Of a DNA stretch of 55,213 nt, positions 23,172 through 33,804 are shown one piece after another. The notes under the pieces were generated by a model. The model saw only the letters and a list, made by a program, of their open reading frames with translations, had not been told where the DNA came from and did not search any database. Source of the stretch: Perkinsus chesapeaki ATCC PRA-425 (lineage: Eukaryota; Protista; Perkinsozoa); NCBI GenBank assembly GCA_013115145.1, contig JAAPAO010000194.1, positions 1 through 55,213 on the forward strand, written 5' to 3'. The position numbers were made by a program, and so were the translations under genes. Numbering within the stretch: position 1 is the first letter of the stretch; each line of letters opens with the position of its first letter.

Positions 23172-24218
23172 ATGCATTTCCGCAACTCTACCATTACCAG
23201 CGCCACTGCCAAGTCTTCCCGGCGCTCCCTATCACCAGAGCTTGATTTGTTCAAGTCGCCAGAGCGCATAATAGCTCTCGGTTGCCTCGCCGTCATTGCT
23301 GTCGCTGTGGCCTTAGTATGGTACGAGAGCTACTCATCCGTCAGTGATGGCCTAGACCATTGCGTGGTTGATGATAGCCATCCAGAGGGGCAGTCCCTGG
23401 TTGGTATTGTATTCACTTACCTTGCTCTCATTTACGTTATGTGGCTTACTGCTGGAGAGATATCACTGTGTAGAGGCTTGTCGAAGGGTATGTGTGATAT
23501 CACCGGTATAGGCAAAGGGTCCATGGGGGAAGATGTCGAACGGAAGAAGGAGAATAAACGTCGAATGAAGACTGCTTTGAAGAAGTAAGAAATGTGAAAG
23601 CAGACTACAAAGCTCAGAGGTCACCGCCGCCGCCGATAGCATGGTTTCATAAGGCTGTGAGTTACAATGGCTTCGTTGGATAGCGATAGCGACTCCGGTT
23701 AGGGTCGAAACCTTTTTTGTCTTTGTTCTTTTTCTGGTAGCATACGTAGGAGATTGAGCGTACAAAATAGTCGCTATGAATACCTAATAACATGCTTCTT
23801 CTTCTGCCTGTTCAGGAAGAAAGGTCTCAAGTCCAGGCCCCCCAGCAAACGCTTAAGGTCATGCTGCCGTCTACCATGCATCACCTGCCGCTTCGATGAG
23901 ATATGTGAGTACATGCAGCCACCAGGGACCTGGGTATCCCTCACTTGGCTGAGGCATCGGCTTGATCGTAAGGGTCTTAAGGCTCTCGATCATATGCTCA
24001 ACGCCGGCTGGCTGGACAGTAGCTCTTGTGGAGGCTACTGCCGGGCCTGTCCTATTGGCGACTTCACTTTCGATGGCCCCGTACCCAACCGGACTGGACC
24101 ATGCCCCCCTCCCTTAGCTGAGTCCAATTCTATAGAAGGCTTTGTAGAGGTGCAGGAGCCAATCGAAGATGTCAGCGGACCGGAATCTGATTGGGAGGTC
24201 TACGAATGTTCACTATAG
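23172..24218 (+). CDS. Hypothetical protein(s): a two-TM exon followed by an exon with the paralogous winged-helix-like domain
   Basis: ORF MHFRNS...KTALKK with two hydrophobic helices; donor gtaag near 23585 and acceptor ctgttcag near 23814 join in frame. Could be two separate genes. Confidence 0.55.
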
Positions 24219-24411
24219 AGCTTTTCACGCTCTTCCTCTAATAACGTATAAAAATATATTACAGTTGTAAGGTTGCAGTAGTCGATATTAACTAAATAGT
24301 CGTGTCGCTACAGGAGCTGATGATTAAATGACTTATCCAATTTATGAATGCCACCAGCTCTCTTGTTGGGTTGAAATAGTTCGCTCTCAATCACCACAGA
24401 ACGCTCGGACG

Positions 24412-26183
24412 ATGGCAGTAAGGCTGCGGAGGCTCCTCACTAGAGGCTTCAGCTCCACACCGACGACTTCATCATCCGGGGTCATGTCGACTGTACGGCA
24501 AGCTGTGCCAACAGTAGCATCGGTTCGGCATGATGGAATGCTCCTGCATCCTGAAGTGATCGGCCAGGTGACAGGAGCATCCCCCACCGCCGGACATCAG
24601 CAATAATACCTTTAGGTTGTCAAGAACTGGGATCTCCATAGCTACTCTTTATTGGAGGTAGCGCCGTGGATGAACGCTTCACCGGCCTTACAGGAGCGGT
24701 AAGCTCACTACTGTTCCGGCCGTCTAAGGGCCGTATGCCTTGTTGGACGGCGATTTCGTAGCGAGGACTAGAGGTCCTGGTCAGGTTCGCAAATACCTTG
24801 GATATCTTTCAATTGTGTGATCCCACCGGCAAGGTCATGGGTCACTACGATCGAGGGGTGTCGGCTCTCCTTCGGACGACAATTAAGTTGGGGGACAACA
24901 ATGCAGTTCCATGTGGGCTTGTTTTGATGTAAGCATTGGCAGGCTCTGCTGTGGAGAATGGGACAGGTACGAAACACAGGAGCATGCCACCAATGAATTC
25001 TCCAGGCTGCAGATGCGCTCCATGACTGAAGGGTAGGCAGCAGGGCTTCCTGAATCTTGGAATATCTTCTAGGTACGCCGATGAGTGGCTAAATGAGATG
25101 CAGCCAGATGATGGGGAACCGGTCCCCGGGGTGATACTCACGGTGCATCACTACGATCCGCAGGTGACCCATCCAACACAGTACGAGATTGAGAGAAAGG
25201 ACGGCATCGCAAAGTAGAGACGTTTGGGAGCGATGGAGACAACTGGATGCACAGGTTGGTCTGCGTTGTACGGGCACTGCATGTGAAGTACTTCTGGCCA
25301 CGGGAGGCGCCAGATGGCCAGGTAGTACCGGACCGTGTCCTTGCTGGGCTATTATGAGATGGTAGCAGGTCATCCAGCTTGCCCCTGGCCAGACCCTCGG
25401 CACGTCTGATGACTACAATATAGTAACAGATCTACAGACCTGGGAGAGTGGGGAGAAGTTCAGGGAGATGCCTCAACAGTAGGCGTGTCGTCGGGATAAG
25501 GATGCTCATCAGCACCATCAGGGACACAGAGGACCCAGAGGACTTCTTCCGAGTCCTGCCGTGGGTGAAGGACCGAACTAAGAGCGATTTCGTCAGAGCC
25601 ACCTATGCTTTCGTGAAGAGAGACGAAGCGGGAGGTAGGGCGAGATTTCGGAACAATCTGCAGCTCCCTCCCCAGATATCACATCGGTCGTGGCCGCCAT
25701 ATCGGTCACTGGAGATGTGGATACGAAGAAGCCTGCACGGTTGGTGATGTCATGTCCCTACGTGGACACAGAGTCGGTATCTCCAGAAGAAGCCGAGCAA
25801 GCCTTGGACACTGTCCTGCAGCATGTCTTCGTTAAGTACAAAAGAAGCGTGTAAGATGGCGGAGGTGAAGACCAGATACTTTGCTCTCTCAGAGGGGTTA
25901 TTCTCTACGATTCGAAAGATACCTTCTATGAGTTCGCAGAGGAATCGATTCTACCTCGTCACCGGTATTGGACCGAGAAGGAGGCCGGGATATGTCTCAC
26001 TGCTGGTGCGTCTGATCATAAGTGGCCAGGCTCGAATACCACCTTCCCTTCAGTTCCGGTACAGATGCCAGTAGCTGCCCAAGAGTGCCTGCTGCATTCG
26101 CCCTATGTTATACCGGCGGAATTCCTCAGCTTCGAGACCTACTTCAAAACCCCTACTGGATGATTGCCTCCATGCAGTTGTGA
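24412..26183 (+). CDS. Hypothetical multi-exon protein with a mitochondrial-presequence-like N-terminus
   Basis: MAVRLRRLLTRGFSST start; a chain of plus-strand exons between short GT-AG introns gives protein-like text, but not every junction is resolved and no family is recognised. Confidence 0.5.
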
Positions 26184-26247
26184 TTGTTTCCGGTAACCCC
26201 TCTGTTGAGTTCCTCCCAGTGGTACGTGACGCTGTAGTACCGGTTTG

Positions 26248-27759
26248 ATGAGGCAGCTAGTACTGGACACCCTCGGCGGGCGTCGAACGTCGGCCGTGGT
26301 CATGTGCATAATTGGTATGCTCTGTCTTGAGTACTTCACTTGCCGTTTTATACTGGCTCGAGTGCCATACACTGAGATAGACTGGAGGGCCTACATGCAG
26401 GAGGTAGATGACGACTGCCATGCTCTATGGCCTGGCATTGCGACTTAGGTTGAAGGCTGGTTGGTAGACGGTGACACTAACTACTACCATCTCAAGGGGG
26501 ACACCGGGCCGCTGGTCTACCCGGCAGCTTTCCTGTACCTCTACGCCGCTTTGCGTTGGATAGCTGGTGGAGATGGCACTGACATCGAAGCAGCCCAGCA
26601 GGTGCGGCGATACCAGTCGAAGGCCACTTTAGGTTTTTATCAGGTGTTCTTCTGGCTTTACCTCACCACAGTGGCTACAGTGCTCACCTGCATGGCATAC
26701 GCTGGAAGGAAGAAGTCGATCCCGCTGGTCTTCTATGTGCTTGTGTGCTTCTCCAGGAGGACCCACAGTATTTTCCTGCTTCGCTTGTTCAACGACGCTT
26801 GGTATGCCTGCGGTTCGCCTCCCCTCCACTTTTCCATTAGGTGCGTGGCCCTTGTCCATCTGTCAATCCTCCTTATGCTTGTTTTTGGGTATCGTCGTCT
26901 AGGCTGCATCGTCTACAGTTTGGCAGTTGGTGTGAAGATGAATGCATTTCTGTGGGCCCCAGGAATTTTCGTTTTCCTGATGGGACCTGGAAAACTCACA
27001 TGGCGGAAATTTTTTACGACCTTGTGTTTTGTCGCTGTATGGTGTGGTGTTCCACAGGTAGGTACCGCTCTTTATCACCCGGCAATCGCCTGTTGCAGGT
27101 CCTGCTCGGGCTGCCCTTCCTCACCACCTACCCGGTGGCCTACCTGCATAAGTCGTTCGAGCTTTCACGGGTATTTTTCTACAAGTGGACAGTCAATTTC
27201 AAGTTCCTTCCCGAAGAGGTCTTCGTGTCCCCCGAGCTTGGCCTCCTCCTTCTGGCCGGTACCATTACCCTCTGGGCATGGTTCGCCTTCAGAAAGTGGA
27301 TCCCAAATTGGGTGGCGCAGGACCCTTTGCTTGTGCTCTACAGCAGCAACTTCATTGGTGTGGCAATGTCTCGGACAATCCATTATCAGTTTTATTGCTG
27401 GTCAGTTCGCTCCCCGTTTTCTCTTTGTACCCGAATACTTTCAGGTACTCGTTCACGATCCCCTATCTCCTCTGCCGCAGCCAGTGGACTAGGCAATCAG
27501 CCATAGACTTTGCCATTAAGATGGGCACATGGTTTGCTATCGAGTAGGAGAAGCACAACGGCGGTGGTCGAATGTGAATCTCAGATACGCATACAATGTC
27601 CCTCCTACAGCAGAGTGCCGGACGCTGCCTAAAGGAACCGAGTTTTGTGACAATCCAGCAACCGCATTCAGCAGCGGGCTGCTTCAGCTCGCCCACGTTA
27701 TGTTGTTAGTGGGACTCGCAAAGTCCAGTACGGGTAGGAGAAATGAGAAACTTGATTAG
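26248..27759 (+). CDS. ALG3: Dol-P-Man:Man5GlcNAc2-PP-Dol alpha-1,3-mannosyltransferase, multi-exon
   Basis: RVPYTEIDWRAYMQEV, LKGDTGPLVYPAAFLYLY, HSIFLLRLFND, SLAVGVKMNAFL, FFYKWTVNFKFLPEEVF, SNFIGVAMSRTIHYQFYCW. Confidence 0.96.
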
Positions 27760-28484
27760 TTCCCTTATATGGCCATGTTGCGTTTTGCAGTAAGGCGCAT
27801 ATTGCGAGTAGCATTACTCCACTTCCTCTTCCCGCCCACCTGAATGACCTCCACAGAAGGACGGTCTTCGACGGTCTTCACCAGAGGGCGATTCTCCGTC
27901 AGCTTCGATGAGGGTGACACATCCTCTGGTCGATCAGTCGTGCTAACCAGATCCGAGTGTGGCGGCATACCATCCCACTCATACCGTGTTGGAAGGTTCG
28001 TATGTTGTCACCTTACTGCTGTCTGGAGACAAGTCGGTCGATTCAAGGTATTGGATGCCCCATATGAGGGGATCACTCTACGCCGATATTAGCGCTCTCT
28101 CAGTGAATACTCGTGATCTGTATTCGTTTTAGTGAGGTTACCTCTCATTGGTCAATAATGTTTCTTGGCCTTTTGTCTTTTAGCTTTCGTGAACTATCAA
28201 CCCATTTCACCCTTTCAGTTGTCGTTCAGGCATTTGTACAGCTCTTTGGTTATTCCTCTTATGTTTCTTGCAAGATCGGTTTTATTATCCGCGCGGGTTC
28301 TTATCTGTGCTAAAGCACTACTGTAATTGTCGCTGCCCCGCTGCTTCAACTGTTCCTTTATTATTCGCTATCAGTCACTAGTGGCACATCTCTGTATCAA
28401 GTGTCGTGTTCAGGAGTCATTCGTACCACCACAGCGTTAGTCACTCCATAAAAAACAGTCTTATGAAGAGAGAAACTTGGTATA

Positions 28485-28766
28485 TTACGAAGAGGGTAAA
28501 CGAGCAAAGCTTTCGCCAGTAGTAACATCCATTCTGAAGTCTAGTCCAGCAGGGCACACTTGATCAGCTTCAACTTTCTGCCACTCGGTGGTCGGATGGA
28601 ACGGTCGCTTGCCAGGAGGAAGAGCAGCCTTCTTTCGCGAGTCCTCCTTTCGCTCTTCATCAGTCTCATCTCGGAAAAGGTACACAGACAAGCCAATCGC
28701 GACAGCCGCGATCGCTATCATTGTGACGGCTCGTCGATGGCGTGCGAATGCTTGTTGAAGGGACAT
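28485..28766 (-). CDS. 93-aa membrane mini-protein consisting of a TM anchor plus a SIL1/BAP N-terminal-like motif
   Basis: ATG at 28766; TM IAIAAVAIGLSVYLF; C-terminal FHPTTEWQKVEADQVCPAGLDFRMDVTTGESFARL. Confidence 0.8.
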   Translation of the reverse strand: MSLQQAFARHRRAVTMIAIAAVAIGLSVYLFRDETDEERKEDSRKKAALPPGKRPFHPTTEWQKVEADQVCPAGLDFRMDVTTGESFARLPSS

Positions 28767-28843
28767 AGTACTTTGGAAAACACTACCTGACTATTATTAA
28801 GAAGAGCAACCAAAACGAAAGGCGGAAGCCTGTAGGAGAAACT

Positions 28844-29717
28844 TCAGTAGAGTTTAACCACGCAGTTGAGCACAAACCGGTGTAGTCTCTTGAAGAAAGG
28901 AAGTAATAGAGAACTGAAGCAAGTGTACGCGAGAACAGCCAAACCCGTCCAATCCCTAAATGATAAGACACTTCGATCCAAACGCAACTTAACATTGTTG
29001 TCCTCTGCATACAGTGGCTTGGATCTGAGCAACGTAACACGGATTTTTTAGAAGGCACCTGGAGGTCTGGTCTTACCTGTAAAAATGTGAGGTGGTTGCT
29101 GGCTGCAGCCCTGTTACACTTGCGATTCTAGCAACACCCCTATCGGCATCAAAGGGTGGATCGATGCTGAGGGCGATGGCTTTGTCTTCGAGCTCTGGTG
29201 ACGCGGCCAACACAATGACTCGAGGGACTGTGATCCAGTCCCTAAGACACCATAAGGTAACGCTATCACGGAGAGACGTTTCCCTTACAATTGCAAGAGT
29301 TCTGCTTGTGTTGCTCTAACGAGGTTAACCCGATAAAAGCGAATGTCGGGGAAGCTGCCGGCGAGAAACTGTTCAAACTCGACCACCGAAGGTTCATCTG
29401 AGATCATCTCTAGCCAGCAGAAAGAGAAGCCTGAGCAGCTCACATGAGAAAGGATTTGTTGAAGAGTAGAGGATAAGGCCTGTGGGGACCATGGCGGGGA
29501 GCTCGGGAGACTTATTCCACAACGACGCCGAGTAGAAAACTGCAGATGCCTCTGAGACTGTTAACTCTTGTATGGGAGCATAGCGGACACACTGGTGGGA
29601 GACGGACGCTCGAGAAGGTGTGTCGGGATAGAGGTGCTGGTAGGACGAGGCTACCGATGAACGGGGTAAGAGGATTGCCAGGAGAAGGCACTGCGACAAC
29701 AATGGACGCAAAAACAT
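28844..29717 (-). CDS. TXNDC15-like thioredoxin-fold membrane protein lacking active-site cysteines; four exons
   Basis: Signal MFLRPLLSQCLLLAILL; spliced GLILYSSTNPFS|YEPSVVEFEQFLAGSFPDIRFYRVN...VPRVIVL...IASVTGLQP...DWTGLAVLAYTCFSSLL (C-terminal TM). Confidence 0.65.
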
Positions 29718-29804
29718 TACTCAACTGTTGGCGAAACACTAAGCGGTCGTGTAACGCAAAGCCATTGGTGAAGATGAAAGGAGCATGGTATTAAGGCATG
29801 GGAA

Positions 29805-32800
29805 TCATACCTCCTCAGCATCGGTAAACATGACACTTTTCCACATGGAGCCATCCCTGCTGCGGCCACCCGTCGGCTCGTCTTCATCGGCAGCGGAAAC
29901 CCGACGGTCAGCAATCGACTCTTGTCTTTCAACCTCAGCTGTGATGGGGCTATCAAAGGAGTCCCCAGCTAGTAACGAGGGAGCGGCCCTGCTGAGTCTT
30001 GGTGTCGGAGTGAGCCTCTTAGCGACATCGGACGATAGAGTTGATGTACCCCTCTTGACAGGAGGGGCCAGGAAGACGGTGCTCTTACGGGGCATGGTAG
30101 AGCCCCTCTGCAGAGCATCCGTGTCAAGTGAGCCAATCGCCCGACTGAGCCTGGACTCGTAGCCTTTCTTCTTGAAGTAGTTCCGTCTAGAGACGCTCTC
30201 TCGGACGATTTTCACAAGAGAAAGGAAGAATTCTTCGCTCATGCCGGTAAGAGTCTTCTTTTTAAACGATTTCCTAGAAGTACATGTCCGAAGGGATCAC
30301 AGGTGCTGCAGTACATGACGGACGAAGAGGAGTCGACGTTGGAGTCGATAGTGATCTCTCTCTTAGGCCAATCAAAGTTAGCATTGCAGATCTCTTCAAG
30401 AGAGTAGCTGGCTCTCAGCCGCCTAAGTGTGGCATTCTCGAATACCCTAAGGAGGACTGCGAGAGACTCGATTCATGCTTAACTTACTCTAGATAGCATT
30501 GGTAGTCATCTATGTCTCTGACGCAGAAGAACAGCCTTCGTCGAGGTAGGCACTTCACTTGAGACTTCTCCATGAAATACTCTCCTAATCCACCCTGTCA
30601 TTATACTTCTGCACCTCGTTCACAGATACCATCGTTCAGCCTCTCTTCAGCATCATATGGGTCGAGCCTCTCTATGGCATTCTGGCTGGGAGGATTGCCT
30701 CGAGGTCGCCAGCCCAGCGCTGTCTTACTGCCATTTACCTACTATCACTAAGGATACAACGTCCTCTACACTGACTCCAAGCCGGCACCTCTGGGTCCTT
30801 TGTGTCAGTGTCTTCCCAAGTGACCCGACTCGGTTTAGCATCCTCGACCGCTAATTTTGAGAGTTCTGCTAAACAATCTCGAGCAATACTAGCCCACCAG
30901 AAGAGGTGTCGCTGGTGTGCTGGCTATCATCCTGGCCGTCATCCGAGGTAGTGCCAAGCAGCTCCCTTAGTCGCTCGACTTCACGTTGCAAGGAGTCAGC
31001 CTCCCTCTTCAGCTTGTCATTCTCAACGATGAGGGTATTCCCTTTCTTGTCGGCAGCGGACTTCTCTTCTATTGCAGCATCGGACGCCCTCTCTCTTACG
31101 CCTCTTCGAGCCTGCCAAGGCATGTGATACCGAATAAGGAGCATTCATGTACATTAAGATGCCACTGATTAAAGTTCACTGAGCATACAGAGACTCTGTG
31201 GTACTCCGCTGTAATGGTCTCCGCAGCCCGCGTCATCCTCAGCAGCAGCCTCTCCGCCTCGGCAGCGACTTCCCCCAGCTCAGAGCCTGTTGGACGGGTA
31301 ATGGTTAAGGGGTGGCGTATCTACTCTTGCTGTGCTCTAGTTGCCTGACGATAGCCTCTCTGGATGCTGTGTGGAACCACTCTCGAAGGACATTTGAGAG
31401 GAGATACATGTCGGTCTGGCGGGATGACTGGTCCACCATAAGGAAGGCGATAGACTTTTGCGAGACGGACAACTGCCTTCTTAGATCCAACTGAGATGGA
31501 TGACTGAATAGATCTCCAGAGCCTACCTACTTCTCGCTGCTGCACCCCCAGTAACAGCGCCGCAGTCTTCCATGCCGAGAAAGCCTCTTTCTTCAGCAGG
31601 TCGGTCCTCCCTTGCTCGGCTCGATCGAAGAAGCCATCAGCCAGCGCCAGCCGGGCCTCCTGTGCCATGAGTTGAAGATCCTGTCGCATAAATCATGCAC
31701 CCACAGGCCGCTGTTCGCCGGTACTAGGTTGCTCTCCTCTAACTTGTCCTTGTGCCTCTTGAATGCCTCCTCTCTCACCAAGTCCCTCCATGCAAGAAGA
31801 GCTACGTGAACTAGCCATACCGACGTTGTCACTTCCGCAAATCGCGAACTCTAAAAGGCCAAGTATCACTAACAATCTCAGTTTGATCAGCACTAGCGCG
31901 TCCAGTTGCTGTTCTAGTCGGGCCTCAGTCTGGGAAAGCCGGGCCTGGTGGTGAGCTGCCATCTCCTCATACCACTTCACAACGTCAACTTCTCTCTTCC
32001 ATCCCCGGAAGGACACCCTTATCAGGGCCTACCGGCATTGATAGTAACAAGGGGCTGCTTGCTATGCCTCACACACCTCGTTTTTGAGGACGGTCTTGAC
32101 GCCCTCCTTCATAGCAGCAAAGTACTTGTCGCCCCACTCTCTTATACTATTATGCTTCCTCTCCACAGCTAACTGACGGCAAAGATACTCACATGTCGAA
32201 GAGGTAGTCACCTCCAATCTGTCCAGTGAGACGGTCTTTACATGAGCCCTCCAATGGTAAAAGGCATCGGCTTGCATTCCCCTCTGGAGGGACTCGTTCG
32301 AGCGGAGGATGAAGCTGACACCCCAGGTAGCTAGGGCCACTCTGCGACGTATCTCCCTCTCAATCATGGCCTGAATGCCGGTTAGCCTCTCTGTTCACCC
32401 AGTTAACAGGATGGCACCTCCTGCAGCGTGGCAGACTGTTTAAGCTCTTCCTCGAGTCTGACCGTCCGAGTGACGTCCCTCCAGGCATGCAGTAGAACTT
32501 GAGTCACTCTAGAAGCCTCAGTTCGAAGGAAGAAGATGCCAAACTAACAGAAGATAGGGAGAAATTGCAGCGTAGTAGCTACCTTCTCGAGTAGCCTGTT
32601 GTGTCGTTCCTCCGCCATGGCAGCTGATTGGTCTCGGTAGGCCTCCTCCTCTGCGACCGCTCGGGCTCTTCTGGTCTCGCTTGCCCAAGCTCGAAAGACC
32701 ATCCTTGTCCAGGCCTGGGGGCAGCTGCAAAATGTTTCCGAAGCCAACATACTTTCCGGGACCACATCCACTCCTTGCAGGCTGCCGTCGCCGCTGTATA

Positions 32801-33563
32801 TGCAGTTTCAGTGACCTCCTCCTCCTCCTCGGTGATATTCTCGAGAGCCTTCCGTTTGGCAGTAGAGGCCGGAGCAGGTAGGTCCTCCTCATCAGAGCTG
32901 GTCATCTCTAGGGCGACTATCTCATACCCGTACTCGGTTAGGTCCCGAAGAACCTCCTCGCCGAACTTATCGAGATTGATGCCTCCTCCTCCTGGCTGTT
33001 GGCCCCTCCTTCGGTGCAGTCTCTGCGCGGCTATGCTTTGGATCACATCAGCGACTCTGCGGCGACTGGCGGCGTAGAAAAAATCGTGGGGAGCTACAAT
33101 TTGTGTGAGAGGGCCGGAAGAACGTAACAACTACAGGAGGACTAATCAAGTGTTCGTCGACGTATATGAGGGAGGGGGGATTGAGGAAACTACGGTCGTT
33201 AAGTGTATATGCTATAGCAAGCCAGGAAGTCGAGACTGTAACTGTAGACGGCGAAACACATATTCCTGCAATGGATTGCTGACTACAGTGAACACAAAAG
33301 GCCATGAAGGACAGCAACGAACCATACATGGCCGTCAAGTGACAATGGCTACGCTGCTGTAGTCGGACGGATGCTGCCACATCGACGAGCCTCCTGTGAG
33401 CGGCTTGTCCGAAGAAGGCCAGCTGCGACATGCCTGATTGGAAGCCATTTACCAGGGATAGGCCTACTGAGCGATACCTTTCTAGGATGTCCCCGGCGGT
33501 GACAGGTCTGGACATGGCACGGATCTCGCTATAGGTCGGCTTCTGCTTGACTGGTGAAGTCAT
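29805..33563 (-). CDS. Large Sfi1-like repeat/coiled-coil protein with a C-terminal PH-like domain, multi-exon
   Basis: At least 8 (F/L)xxW motifs; in-frame splice chain from the last repeat exons through the coiled coil to GEYFMEK...RRRLFFCVRD...YLE|VFEN...ASYSLEEI...EITI...TGMSEEFFLSLVKIV. Confidence 0.7.
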
Positions 33564-33595
33564 CCATCCTGGTCGGCTAGGGAAAATGTATTAGT

Positions 33596-33643
33596 GCCAA
33601 GTCACATGAGAGATAATGGCCAAGTCACAGATAATGCCAAGTC
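33596..33643. repeat. Three short direct repeats of GCCAAGTC just upstream of the Sfi1-like gene
   Basis: gccaagtcaca at 33596 and 33619, gccaagtc at 33636; gataatg immediately precedes (overlaps) copies 2 and 3. Confidence 0.75.
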
Positions 33644-33804
33644 CAGAGAGCAAGGAGAGTTTCTAACCGCATTGACATATATGTCAGTCTCCCTTATGAA
33701 CTACTACACTCCCGACTTGAGGGGGGTGACGCGAAATATACTCGTTAAAGAAGGCGGATAGTCGAGCCTATGTTCTAAGCACTCATGTTCTGAGCAACTA
33801 TGGG

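Noticed and set aside
27765-28313. Short ORFs between ALG3 and the SIL1-motif gene
   Set aside because: No consistent exon chain on either strand; probably convergent 3' UTRs.
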